DNA from: Gemmatimonadales bacterium
GTDB taxonomy: Bacteria; Gemmatimonadota; Gemmatimonadetes; Gemmatimonadales; GWC2-71-9
NCBI GenBank assembly: GCA_036259315.1
Contig: DATABZ010000309.1
Location: 1 to 54,604, forward strand
Reading direction: 5' to 3'
Length of the DNA stretch: 54,604 nt
Below the pieces are notes generated by a model. The model did no database searches and was not told where the DNA came from. It was given only the letters and a program-made list of their open reading frames with translations. The position numbers were made by a program, and so were the translations under genes. Shown piece by piece: positions 10,346-21,037 of this stretch (position 1 is the first letter of the stretch; each line of letters starts with the position of its first letter).

Positions 10346-10804
10346 CTAGGGCCAGCGCGCCAGGATCTGCCGCAGCTCGTCGCGATGGTTGGTCTCGTCC
10401 GCGATGATGTCGTCGAAGTTGACCGCCAGGCCATGCTCCCCGGCCTCCGTGGCCTCGTCGCGGCGCCGGACGTAGCGCGTGATCGTCTCCTCCTCCGCGG
10501 CCAGCGCGGTCTCCAGCATGGCCTTGGCGTCCCTGACCACCTTCACCGGGGCCGGCTCGGTGGCGGGGGTGCCGCCCAGGGCCGCGATCTTGTCCGCGAT
10601 GATCTGGGCGTGGGCCAGCTCCTCGGGGATCTCGTTCGTGAAGAACGCCCGCAGATCCTGGCGCCAGGGTCCCTGGACCAGACTGGCGTACAGGCGGTAC
10701 ATGATGACCGCCTGGAACTCACCCCGCAGGTCCTCGTTCAGTCCATCCAGCAGCGCCTGCCTGGCGTCTTTCGTCCTGGGCTGCTGCTCCGTGCGCGTCG
10801 CCAT
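10346..10804 (-). CDS. Ferritin-like di-iron protein (bacterioferritin/rubrerythrin-like fold)
   Basis: 152 aa with a duplicated E...ExxH pattern (EFQAV...EELAHAQ; EEETI...DETNHRDE), characteristic of ferritin-like four-helix bundles. Confidence 0.75.
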   Translation of the reverse strand: MATRTEQQPRTKDARQALLDGLNEDLRGEFQAVIMYRLYASLVQGPWRQDLRAFFTNEIPEELAHAQIIADKIAALGGTPATEPAPVKVVRDAKAMLETALAAEEETITRYVRRRDEATEAGEHGLAVNFDDIIADETNHRDELRQILARWP

Positions 10805-10928
10805 CGAGCCTCCCTGAGTATCGGCATGCGTTCACCTGCGAGCCCCGCGGCTCATCTCCGCAGCATACGATGCTGGGACGGGCGGCGACAGGGCGCAGGA
10901 CCCATTCCCGTGTGAGCCCGGGCACACT

Positions 10929-10942
10929 CCGCGGCGCCGCGG
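10929..10942. promoter_or_regulatory. Perfect 14-bp palindrome CCGCGGCGCCGCGG in a divergent promoter region
   Basis: Read directly. Lies 32 nt upstream of the MBL-hydrolase ATG and 125 nt upstream of the ferritin-like gene. Confidence 0.2.
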
Positions 10943-10973
10943 TCCCCTAGCTTCGCCACGGACAGGAGGAATC

Positions 10974-11879
10974 ATGCGCATCGTCGAGATCGCTCCCGAT
11001 CTGGGATACCTTCGCACCGCGATCGTCAATCTCTACTTCTCCGGCCCCCGCGACGCGGGCGACCGCAACTGGGTCCTGGTGGACGCCGGCATGCCGGGTT
11101 TCGCCGGAACGATCGCCCGGGCGGCCGCCAGGCGTTTCGGGCGGGGCGCCCGTCCGGCCGCGATCGTGCTCACGCACGGCCACTTCGATCACGTGGGCGC
11201 CCTGGGCACGCTGGCCAAGCGCTGGGATGCCCCGATCTACGCCCACTCGCTGGAGCTGCCCTACCTGATCGGCGAGGCCGCCTACCCGCCGCCGGAGCCT
11301 CGCGTTGGCGGCGGCATGGCGGCCATGTCGCCGCTCTTTCCCAGAGGTCCGTTCGACTTCCGCCCGCGGATGCACATGCTCACGGAGGACGGGACGGTTC
11401 CCGGAATGCCCGGATGGCGGTGGGTCCACACGCCGGGCCACACGCCGGGCCACGTCTCGCTGTTCCGAGAATCGGACCGGGCCCTGATCGCCGGCGACGC
11501 CTTCGTGACCACGAAGCAGGAATCGCTGGTCGCCGCGTTGACGCAGCGGCGCGAGCTGCACGGCCCGCCGGCGTACTACACCCCGGACTGGGGATCGTCC
11601 TGGGAGTCGGTGGAGCTGCTGTCTGCGCTGCAGCCGGAGGTCGCCGCGACCGGCCACGGCCGGCCGATGCGCGGGCCCGCCATGCGCGAGGCGCTACGGG
11701 AGCTGGCCCGGGATTTCGATCGGCTGGCCGTGCCGCCCCGGGGGAGGTACGTCGAGCGGCCGCAGGTGGAGGTGGCGGACATCTACGCGCCGCCGGCTCG
11801 CAGGAACCCGGCGGCTACGGCCGCCATTGGCCTCGCGCTGCTGATGACGGGCGCGCTCGTGCTTCGAGGTCGCCGGTAG
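10974..11879 (+). CDS. MBL-fold metallo-hydrolase with a C-terminal hydrophobic helix
   Basis: 301 aa, AGGAGGA Shine-Dalgarno sequence. Metallo-beta-lactamase motif THGHFDHVG, later HTPGHTPGH, and a C-terminal helix AAIGLALLMTGALVL. Confidence 0.85.
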   Translation: MRIVEIAPDLGYLRTAIVNLYFSGPRDAGDRNWVLVDAGMPGFAGTIARAAARRFGRGARPAAIVLTHGHFDHVGALGTLAKRWDAPIYAHSLELPYLIGEAAYPPPEPRVGGGMAAMSPLFPRGPFDFRPRMHMLTEDGTVPGMPGWRWVHTPGHTPGHVSLFRESDRALIAGDAFVTTKQESLVAALTQRRELHGPPAYYTPDWGSSWESVELLSALQPEVAATGHGRPMRGPAMREALRELARDFDRLAVPPRGRYVERPQVEVADIYAPPARRNPAATAAIGLALLMTGALVLRGRR

Positions 11880-11939
11880 CAGCGGCGCTAACAGTTGGCC
11901 CCCGGCTGTGGAAGGGCCGTAGCGTTCGGATAGCGGCGC

Positions 11940-12413
11940 TTAGTGGTGCGCGAAGACCTCGGAGCTGCCGTCCCGCCGGAAGAGCAGCACGTCGTACGGC
12001 TCGTGCGGCTGTCCCGGCACGGCCATGCCCGGCGAGCTGGCGGGCATGCCCGGCGCCGCGAGGCCGGCAGCGTCCGCCTTCTTCGCCAGCAGCCGCCTGA
12101 CGTCGTCTGCCGGCACGTGGCCCTCGATCAGGTACTTCCCGACCTGCGCGGTGTGGCACGAGCGCAGGTCCCTGGGCACGCCAAGGCTGTCCTTGACCGT
12201 GTCCATGTCCTGATCCTCGTGCACCACGGTCTTGAACCCCGCCGCCTTCACATGGTCCACCCACTCGGCGCAGCAGCCGCAGGTCGGACTCATGTAGATG
12301 GTCATCGTCTCCGGATCGGAGACCGCGCCCGCCGCCCACAGCGATCTGCCCCCCGCCAGCGCGGCGCCGCCGAGTGCGGCGGTCCGGGCCAGGAACGAGC
12401 GTCGTGAAATCAT
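11940..12413 (-). CDS. DUF411 (CopG-like) periplasmic metal-binding protein with a Tat signal
   Basis: 157 aa. Twin-arginine leader SRRSFLARTAALGGAALAG. Conserved SPTCGCCAEW cysteine motif and the HVP motif of the DUF411 family. Confidence 0.85.
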   Translation of the reverse strand: MISRRSFLARTAALGGAALAGGRSLWAAGAVSDPETMTIYMSPTCGCCAEWVDHVKAAGFKTVVHEDQDMDTVKDSLGVPRDLRSCHTAQVGKYLIEGHVPADDVRRLLAKKADAAGLAAPGMPASSPGMAVPGQPHEPYDVLLFRRDGSSEVFAHH

Positions 12414-12426
12414 CGTGTCACCCTCG

Positions 12427-13748
12427 TCAAACCAGTGAAACCTCGTCCGCCAGCCGGCGGGTAATGTCCTCCGCCGGCCAGGTCAGCAGATCCAGGACTC
12501 CGTCGAGTGACCTGGCCGGCATCCGCGCCACGAACACCCTCAGCCGCCGTGCGCTCCGGTAGAGCTCGTCCGCAACCCTGGGCAGGCCGAGCTGTCCCGC
12601 GCGTCCCGCATCGGTGAGCCGCTCGATCGTTCCACCCCGGGTGCGGAGGGGAAGATCCACCCCCAGCATCGAGGAGCGGGCGGGGAAGTCCAGCAGCAGC
12701 TCGCCCGGTTCCAGGCCGACCCGCAGGGCCACCGAGTCCTCGACCCGCTCCAGGAGCGCCGGATCGTCGGCCACCCAGGGCTGCACGTCCACCGGCACGT
12801 CGCTCGCCGGCAGGTCGAGGGCCCGCTTGTACAGCCGGCGGGCGCGGATCGCGGCCGCGAGCCCGCCGGGACTGCGGCTGATCAGCAGCTCCATCAGCCC
12901 ATCGTCCGTCGCCTCGGCCACCACGTCCTCGGTGACCTCACCCCGCCGGACCGCGAGGCGCACCGCGCGCTTGAACATGCAGGTGGCGGCGCGCACCGCG
13001 TGGTGCCAGTACACGTTGCGGTACATCTGGTACTTGGCGAACAGCAGGGACTCGAGCGCGCTCACGCCCTTCTCCTGCACTCCCACCTCGTAGCGGCCGC
13101 TCCCGGTCTCGACCAGCGTGAGGGTCGAGAGGAGCCGATCCACGTCCACGGTTCCGTACGGCACGCCGCACATGTGGGCGTCCCGACTCAGGTAATCGAT
13201 CTTGTCCAGATCCAGCGATCCGGAGATCAACCCCTGGAGCGCACTGTCGCTGCTGCCCTCGATCAGGCGGCCCACGGCGTCGGCGAACGCGGGCCCGCCG
13301 ACCTCCACCAGGCGATCGCCCAGCTCGCCGCGAGACAGCTTCGCAATGCCCAGCTTCTCGTGCGACGGGAAGCCGGCCTCCTCCAGGGCGTGAGAGAAGG
13401 GGTAGTGCCCAACGTCGTGGAGGAGGGCCGCGAGGCGGACGGCCAGCCGATCCTCGTCCGGAACCGGACCCAGCTCACCCCGCTCTTCCAGCGCCGCCAG
13501 TGCACGCTTGGTGAGGTGATACGCGCCGAGCGCGTGCTCGAATCTGGTGTGGGTGGCACCCGGATAGACCAGGAACGCATGCCCTACCTGCCGCACGTAG
13601 CGGAGCCGCTGAACCGTCGGCGTGTCGAGGGCGAGCAGCGCCGGGCGGTCGAGGCGGATGTTGTCCCACAGCGGATCGCGAATGATCTCGATGTCGGCGT
13701 GCGGCACCCGGCTCCGCTTTGTCCCTGCGCCGCTCCGCCGACTCTGGG

Positions 13749-13752
<4 letters not shown>
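12427..13752 (-). CDS. HD-domain phosphohydrolase, SAMHD1/dNTP-triphosphohydrolase-like (COG1078 type)
   Basis: 441 aa with a GTG start overlapping the pckA stop (GTGA). Motifs [13 protein letters not shown] and [12 protein letters not shown] form the HD metal site. Confidence 0.85.
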
Positions 13753-15347
<1,595 letters not shown>

Positions 15348-15427
15348 ACGCTCCCGTGCGCCCGGCGGCGCGGCAGAGGGGCTCGGCGGCCCGTTCGGCC
15401 GCCTCCGGCGGAGCGGGAAAGATCGGC

Positions 15428-15457
15428 ACGGGGCCCCCCGGGTGCAACCGGCCCCGT
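15428..15457 (-). terminator. Weak hairpin downstream of the metalloprotease gene
   Basis: 8-bp GC stem ACGGGGCC/GGCCCCGT with a 14-nt loop. The downstream tract on the minus strand (GCCGATCTTTCCC) is only weakly T-rich. Confidence 0.25.
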
Positions 15458-15516
15458 CACACGACGCTAAGCTTCGGCCCCGTATCGGGTTGGCGGTGCA
15501 ACATCCGGCGCGGCGC

Positions 15517-16191
15517 TCAGGGCCGGTCTCGACCTACGACCTGAAGGGTAGGGGGGGTATGGTAGGCCGCTTCCGCGGTCCGGCGGTCGCGGTCGCTCGG
15601 CAGCTCCACGTCCGGATTGGTGAACATGATGTCGGTCGGCTCGTCGGAGTGGGCGAAGATGCCCAGGGCGTGCCCCAGCTCGTGGATGCTGGTCAGCCCG
15701 AGACACCGCTCGACCCCCGGCACGGGCAGCGGGTTGAGGAACACGCGGATCGGCAGAAACAACTGGGTGTTGCCGTCATCGACGTCCAGATCGGTTGCGC
15801 CGGAGCATTCGGGAGCGAGTGCGCTGTGGAGCAGGGTCTTCGGCGGCTCGCTCTCGGGCACCCCGGCGCGCACGATCACGTCGGCCGTGGTCGAATCGCT
15901 GACCAGCGTCCCCCGGAACTCGCCGTAGAGGAACGCGTCCTCCCACACCTCGACTGCCCGGGCCACGTGGGTGGGAAGGTCCTCGGCGTCTTCCACCCAG
16001 ATCCGCACGGGCAGATGGTCCAGGCTCCAGTGAAAGGCCAGCGTGTCCACGCCGGGGCCGGGCACCGCCGACCGCTCGGCCCGCCACTCGTAGGTATCGC
16101 TCCGCGTCGGAGATGCGATGTCGCCGCAGGCGGCCGCCGCGAGGGTCGCACCGGCCGCGCCGGCCGCAGCCAACCGACGGGTCCAGGTCAT
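15517..16191 (-). CDS. Zinc metalloprotease lipoprotein, matrixin/metzincin-like
   Basis: Internal ATG at 16191 overlaps the upstream stop (ATGA). Signal plus lipobox-like AAAAC. Zinc motif [12 protein letters not shown] has the third His one residue further out than canonical HExxHxxGxxH. Confidence 0.75.
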   Translation of the reverse strand: MTWTRRLAAAGAAGATLAAAACGDIASPTRSDTYEWRAERSAVPGPGVDTLAFHWSLDHLPVRIWVEDAEDLPTHVARAVEVWEDAFLYGEFRGTLVSDSTTADVIVRAGVPESEPPKTLLHSALAPECSGATDLDVDDGNTQLFLPIRVFLNPLPVPGVERCLGLTSIHELGHALGIFAHSDEPTDIMFTNPDVELPSDRDRRTAEAAYHTPPTLQVVGRDRP

Positions 16192-16787
16192 CGCAGCCCT
16201 CGCGCCAGGCCGACGGAGAGCGAGACGCGACTCACGCCCTGGGCCTGGGAGAAGCCCCGCAGCTCCAGCTCGTCCGTGGTGAAGCGGTGGAAGTCGTACC
16301 GCCCGGAGATCATGAGGTCCCAACCGGACGAGACCGGCTCCCGCCAGTCCGCGCCGACTCCGGCGAGAAACCGGATGGGCCCGCCCTGCAGGAAGATTCC
16401 GCTCTCCTCAGCCGGTCGATACATCAGCCCGCCGAGACCGGCGCGCCAGCGGAGCGTCCGCCAGACCGGCCCCTCCAGATCGAGCAGCAGCGAGGCGGTT
16501 CGGAGGGTGCCGAGATCGGTCTCGGCTCCGCCCTGGTCGGCATCGAATCCTCCGGAGGACACGGTCGCCTCGAGACCGGCGCGGTAGCCGGGCGAGATCG
16601 GCAGGGAGGCGCCGAGCGCCAGCAACGGTGCGACGTCCTGCCGCACCGTGATCTCTCCACCGAGCCGGTCCCGGAGCAGCGTGCCGGCGGCCACGGCGCC
16701 CACGCGGGCGTAGTAGTTCACCTGGGCGCGGAGCGTCCCGAAACCGGCGACCAACAGCAGCGCCGGGAGCAGGATTGGTCTGAGCAT
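16188..16787 (-). CDS. Putative small outer-membrane beta-barrel protein
   Basis: Start at MLRPILLPALLLVAGFGTLRAQ (signal peptide). The remainder has alternating hydrophobic/polar, Gly-rich strands. No C-terminal aromatic residue, so the assignment is tentative. Confidence 0.5.
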   Translation of the reverse strand: MLRPILLPALLLVAGFGTLRAQVNYYARVGAVAAGTLLRDRLGGEITVRQDVAPLLALGASLPISPGYRAGLEATVSSGGFDADQGGAETDLGTLRTASLLLDLEGPVWRTLRWRAGLGGLMYRPAEESGIFLQGGPIRFLAGVGADWREPVSSGWDLMISGRYDFHRFTTDELELRGFSQAQGVSRVSLSVGLARGLR

Positions 16788-16818
16788 CGGTGGAAGATGG
16801 ACGTCGCCGACGAGGGGG

Positions 16819-17691
16819 TCAACGTGGTCCACGGCCGTACGCGCGCAGCCGTCGCAGCATGCGACGGTCGAGGGTGACCTGGTCGTCGCCCTTCGGCGTC
16901 TCGATCACCTTCATCACCGACCCGAACCGCGGATCGCGCATGATGCGCCGGAACGGCTCGGGGCCCAGCGAGCCCTCGCCGATCAGCTCGTGGCGGTCAC
17001 GACGCGAGCCGAACGGTGTCTTGGAATCGTTGAGGTGGAGGCAGCGCAGCAGCCGGAACCCGATCGTCTGTCCCCATCGGCGCCACACGCCCTCGTAGTC
17101 CCGCACCACGTCGTAGCCCGCCGAGTGGAGGTGGCAGGTGTCGGCGCAGAAGGCCACCCGGTGCCGCACGCTCTCACCGACCAACTCCCGCAGTGTCGCC
17201 AGCTCCTCGAAGGTCGCGCCCAGGCTGGTTCCCGATCCGGCGGTGGTCTCCAGCAGCACCATCACCTTTCCTGGCACCGCCTGGAGACACCTGGTGATCG
17301 CGGCGGCGTTGCGTCGCAGTCCCGCGTCGCGATCATCGATGAAATTCCCGGGGTGGGACACCACGGCGGAGATGCCGAGCAGGCGACAGCGCCGGAGCTC
17401 GTTGGTGAAGGACTCGATGGAGCGGGCCGCCAGGGCGGGGTCGGGCGTGGCGAGGTTGATTAGGTAGGAGTCATGCGCCACTATATGGGTGATCTCGTGC
17501 CGATCGCGCTCGCGCCGGAACGCCGTTCGGGACTCTTCCGTGAGCACGGGCTCGCGCCACTGGTTGGGGGTCTTCGTGAACACCTGGATCGCCGTGGCAC
17601 CGATCGCCTTTCCGCGTGCGAGCGCGTTCTGCACGCCTCCCTGGGTCGACACGTGGGCCCCGAGCAGGTCGGCGGCTCTGCGCTGATGCAT
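16819..17691 (-). CDS. nfo: Endonuclease IV (AP endonuclease, TIM-barrel)
   Basis: 290 aa. Motifs GAHVS, HDSYLINLA, VSHPG, CADTCH and LHLNDSK are typical of the Nfo family. Confidence 0.93.
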   Translation of the reverse strand: MHQRRAADLLGAHVSTQGGVQNALARGKAIGATAIQVFTKTPNQWREPVLTEESRTAFRRERDRHEITHIVAHDSYLINLATPDPALAARSIESFTNELRRCRLLGISAVVSHPGNFIDDRDAGLRRNAAAITRCLQAVPGKVMVLLETTAGSGTSLGATFEELATLRELVGESVRHRVAFCADTCHLHSAGYDVVRDYEGVWRRWGQTIGFRLLRCLHLNDSKTPFGSRRDRHELIGEGSLGPEPFRRIMRDPRFGSVMKVIETPKGDDQVTLDRRMLRRLRAYGRGPR

Positions 17692-17708
17692 TCGACGATC
17701 TCCGTCGC

Positions 17709-18989
17709 GTGACGAACGGCAGCCGCGTGCTGCTCGCCGGCGATGCCGCGGCGCGGCCCGCGGGGCTCGAGCGTGCGCTCACCCGTGCGGGGTTCATCCT
17801 GACCGAGGCGGGGCCCTCGACCGGCCCGGAGCCCGACGCCGTCCTGGTCACCGTGGCGAGCGCCGGTGAATCCGAGATGCGGAGCGCGATGGGCGAAGCG
17901 GGGCCGGCCTCGCCGCCGCTCGTGGTGCTGATCGCCGCGCGGGACACCGATGCGCCGGCTGCCGCGCTCGCACTCGGCGCCGACGACGCACTCGCCGCCC
18001 CGGTTCACCTGCCCGAGCTCTGTGCCCGCCTGCACGCCCGCATCCGTGACCGCCAATATCCCCGCGGCACCGTCCGCGAGGGTGCCGTGCGCCGCGCCCT
18101 GGAAGGCCTGGTGAGCGACGGCCGGCTCACGCTCCGGCCGGACGAGGTCGTGCTCGCCCTGGTGCGCCGGCTGGCGCGCGCATTCGACCTGCGCTCCTGC
18201 TCCTTCCTCGCGGTCGAGCCCGATGGTGCCACCCGCATCGTCGCGGAGGCGGGACAGGACGTCGCCTCCACCGAGCGCGCCGGATCGGTGGAACCTACCG
18301 AGTACCCGGAGATCCTGGAGGCGATCCGCGGGCGCCGGCCCGTCGCACGTCCCGGCGGTGCCGTCACGGCCGTGCCGGCCGTCGCCGAGGCGACGGTGCA
18401 CGGCGTGCTCGTGCTGCGGCAGCGCCCGGACGATCGGGCACTGAGCCCAGCCCAGCTGCAGTTCGCCGAGACACTGGCGGAGACGGCCGCCCGCACCCTG
18501 GCGTCGGCGTCGGGCGGGGGCAGCGGCAACGGCACGCCGCCGTCCAGGGTGGCCGCGGCCGAGGACATGCTCGGCCACCGGCTTCAGGAGGAGTTCGAGC
18601 GCGCGCGGCGCTACTCGCTGAGCTTCAGTCTGGTTCTCCTGGAGATCCGGCCTCCCCAGGGAGCGGCCATCGCGGGCCCGGAGACCACCCAACGTCTCCG
18701 GCAGGGGCTCCGGCTGCCGGACATCGTCTTTCCATACGGCGGTGGCGAGTTCGCGATCGTCCTGCCCGAGACCGGCGCCGAGGGTGCGCGCCGCTCGGTG
18801 GCGCGGGTGCGTGAGCAGCTGGCGCAAGGGCCGACCAACGGCGGCTCGGCGGACCCGCCGCTCAGCGCCGGGATCGTGACCTATCCCCATCCCGCGGTGG
18901 CGCAGGTCGACGATCTGTTCGCGCTGGTCGAGGCCGCGCTGGCCCGGGGCAAGGCCCAGACCGGCGAGCGCGTCGGCGTGGCGGACTGA
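17709..18989 (+). CDS. Pseudo-receiver / GAF-like / degenerate GGDEF protein
   Basis: In-frame GTG at 17709, 17 nt from the divergent nfo start; the track ORF begins at 17616 and would overlap nfo. REC-like N-terminus lacks the acceptor Asp (VLVTV) and the conserved Lys (LAAPV). The C-terminus has RLPD-x5-GGGEF and lacks the usual DxxHFKxxND region. Confidence 0.8.
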   Translation: MTNGSRVLLAGDAAARPAGLERALTRAGFILTEAGPSTGPEPDAVLVTVASAGESEMRSAMGEAGPASPPLVVLIAARDTDAPAAALALGADDALAAPVHLPELCARLHARIRDRQYPRGTVREGAVRRALEGLVSDGRLTLRPDEVVLALVRRLARAFDLRSCSFLAVEPDGATRIVAEAGQDVASTERAGSVEPTEYPEILEAIRGRRPVARPGGAVTAVPAVAEATVHGVLVLRQRPDDRALSPAQLQFAETLAETAARTLASASGGGSGNGTPPSRVAAAEDMLGHRLQEEFERARRYSLSFSLVLLEIRPPQGAAIAGPETTQRLRQGLRLPDIVFPYGGGEFAIVLPETGAEGARRSVARVREQLAQGPTNGGSADPPLSAGIVTYPHPAVAQVDDLFALVEAALARGKAQTGERVGVAD

Positions 18990-18996
18990 GCGCCGG

Positions 18997-20175
18997 CTAT
19001 CGCTTCCGGAGCCACTCCGTCGGATCCAGCGCGACCTGATTCTCGCCCCTGATCTCGAAATGGAGGTGGGGCCCGTAGTCGGAGTTCTCCCCGCCGACGT
19101 TCCCGATGGTCTGACCACGCGTGACGTTGGCCGACAGCTCCACGGCGGCGGACTGGAGATGGGAGTACACCGAGTAGTAGCCGTTGCCGTGCTCCAGCAC
19201 GACGGTGAGCCCGTACGTGCCGAACTGTCCCACCAGGCGCACCTTGCCGGATTCCACGGCCTTGACCGGGGTGCCCGCGCCGGCCGCGATCCCCACGCCG
19301 TTCCAGCGGATGATCCCGCCGCTCGGCAGCGTGTCCCGCCCGAAGCGATAGACGATCGCGCCCTCGACCGGCCAGTCGAGACTGCCGAGGTCGGCGGTCG
19401 TGATGGAGCCGGGGATGGGTGCCGCCCCCCCGGGGGCTCGGGCAGCCTCGTTCCGCCGCGCGCGCTCGAGCGAGGCGAGGAGGTCGTTGAGTCGCGCCTC
19501 GTCCTTCCGGAGCGCCTCCAGCTTTCTGCCGGTGCTCCGGGCCGAGCGGCGCAGCTGGTCGAGGCGCCGCGCGCGGGCCTGTACCAGGTCGGTGAACCTG
19601 GAGTACTCCGCCTCGCGCTCCTCGCGGGTGCGATCGAGCTGCTTGCGGACGTCGAGCAGGTCGTCGCGTTGCTCCACCACGCGATTCCGGAGCTTCTCGA
19701 CCTCGCCCACCAGCGCGCGGTCCTGGCGGCTGGTGAGATACAGGTATTTGTAGCGGCTCAGCAGGTCGCCGAACGACTCCGCCGCGAGCAGCGCCTGGAA
19801 GGTGTAGAGCGGCCCGCGCTTGTAGATGTCCATCAGCCGGCGCTGCAGCACCGCGCGCCGTTCGGCCAGGTTGTCCTCCGCGAGGATGAGCTCCGCGCTG
19901 GTGCGGTCGAGCTGGCCGGAGAGCCCGCCGATCTGCCGCTCGATCTCGTCCATGATCTTCTGGGTGGACTCGCGCTGCCGCTCGAGGTTGTGGAGTTCGT
20001 CGTTGACGTCGTGCACCTGTCCCTGCAGTCGCTCCTGCTGCCGCTGGAGCCGGTCGCGTTCCCGACGAATCTCCTCCAGACGCCGCCGGCTTCGCTCCAG
20101 GTCGGGACTGTCCTGCGCGCCCGCGGTCTGGGCCAGCATGCAGAGGAGCAGGAGAACGGAGAGGCGGTTACACAT
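18997..20175 (-). CDS. M23/LytM peptidase with long coiled coil (EnvC-like murein hydrolase activator)
   Basis: Signal peptide, about 230 aa of heptad-like coiled coil, and a C-terminal LytM domain (GYYSVYSHL, GPHLHFEIR). Sits immediately downstream of ftsEX. An alternative start is at 20196. Confidence 0.88.
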   Translation of the reverse strand: MCNRLSVLLLLCMLAQTAGAQDSPDLERSRRRLEEIRRERDRLQRQQERLQGQVHDVNDELHNLERQRESTQKIMDEIERQIGGLSGQLDRTSAELILAEDNLAERRAVLQRRLMDIYKRGPLYTFQALLAAESFGDLLSRYKYLYLTSRQDRALVGEVEKLRNRVVEQRDDLLDVRKQLDRTREEREAEYSRFTDLVQARARRLDQLRRSARSTGRKLEALRKDEARLNDLLASLERARRNEAARAPGGAAPIPGSITTADLGSLDWPVEGAIVYRFGRDTLPSGGIIRWNGVGIAAGAGTPVKAVESGKVRLVGQFGTYGLTVVLEHGNGYYSVYSHLQSAAVELSANVTRGQTIGNVGGENSDYGPHLHFEIRGENQVALDPTEWLRKR

Positions 20176-21037
20176 GCCGCAGGTGGCGGCCCACACTCAC
20201 CATGCTGCCGGCGAGCCCGAGCAGGATGCCGAAGACGAGAATCACCAGCATGTGATGGGGTTGAAAGAAGATGAGACCCGCGAAGGGGCCGCCGGTCGTG
20301 TCGCGGAACAGCAGATAGCCGGCGTAGCAGAGCCCGAGCGAGAGGAAGCCGCCGAGCAGGCCCTTGAGTGCGCCCTCCAGCAGGAAGGGGCCGCGGATGA
20401 ACCAGTTGGTCGCCCCGACCAGGCGCATGATCGAGATCTCGCGGGCCCGCTGCAGGATGGTGAGCCGGATGGTGACGCCGATGATCACCACGGCGACGCC
20501 GGCGAAGGCGAGCCCGATGACGAGGCCGACGATTCCGGTGACGTTGCGAAGCTGGTCCAGCCGCTGCACCCAGTCCCGGCCGTAGCGGACGTCGTCCACG
20601 AACGTGAAGCCGCGGATCCGGTCGGCGACGCGCCCGACCGTGGCCGACTCACGGTAGCCCTCCTTCAGCCGGACCTCGATCGAAGCGGGCAGGGGATTGG
20701 CGGTCAGGTCCCGGTAGGCATCGCGGAACTCCACCAGCTCGGCCCGGGCCCGTGCCAGCGCCTGCTCCTCCGAGACGTAGCTCACGTCCTGCACTTCGGG
20801 GAACGCGGCGATGTCCTGGGTGGCCAGCGTGATCGTCTCCGCCGGCGTGCCGCGGAGGACGAAGGCGACGATCTCGACCCGCTCCTCGATGCCGCGCAAC
20901 GCCTCGCGAAGGTTGATCGCCACCAGGCCGAAGAGGCCCACGGTGAAGAGCGAGAAGCCGATGGTGGTGATGGAGAGAGCCGAGAGCAGCGGCGCCCGGC
21001 GGAAGGAGAGCAGCGCCTCGCGGGTCAGAAGCCTCAC
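20168..21037 (-). CDS. ftsX: Cell-division ABC transporter permease FtsX
   Basis: 289 aa with 4 TM segments and a large periplasmic loop. Overlaps the ftsE stop by 4 nt. Confidence 0.9.
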   Translation of the reverse strand: MRLLTREALLSFRRAPLLSALSITTIGFSLFTVGLFGLVAINLREALRGIEERVEIVAFVLRGTPAETITLATQDIAAFPEVQDVSYVSEEQALARARAELVEFRDAYRDLTANPLPASIEVRLKEGYRESATVGRVADRIRGFTFVDDVRYGRDWVQRLDQLRNVTGIVGLVIGLAFAGVAVVIIGVTIRLTILQRAREISIMRLVGATNWFIRGPFLLEGALKGLLGGFLSLGLCYAGYLLFRDTTGGPFAGLIFFQPHHMLVILVFGILLGLAGSMVSVGRHLRHV

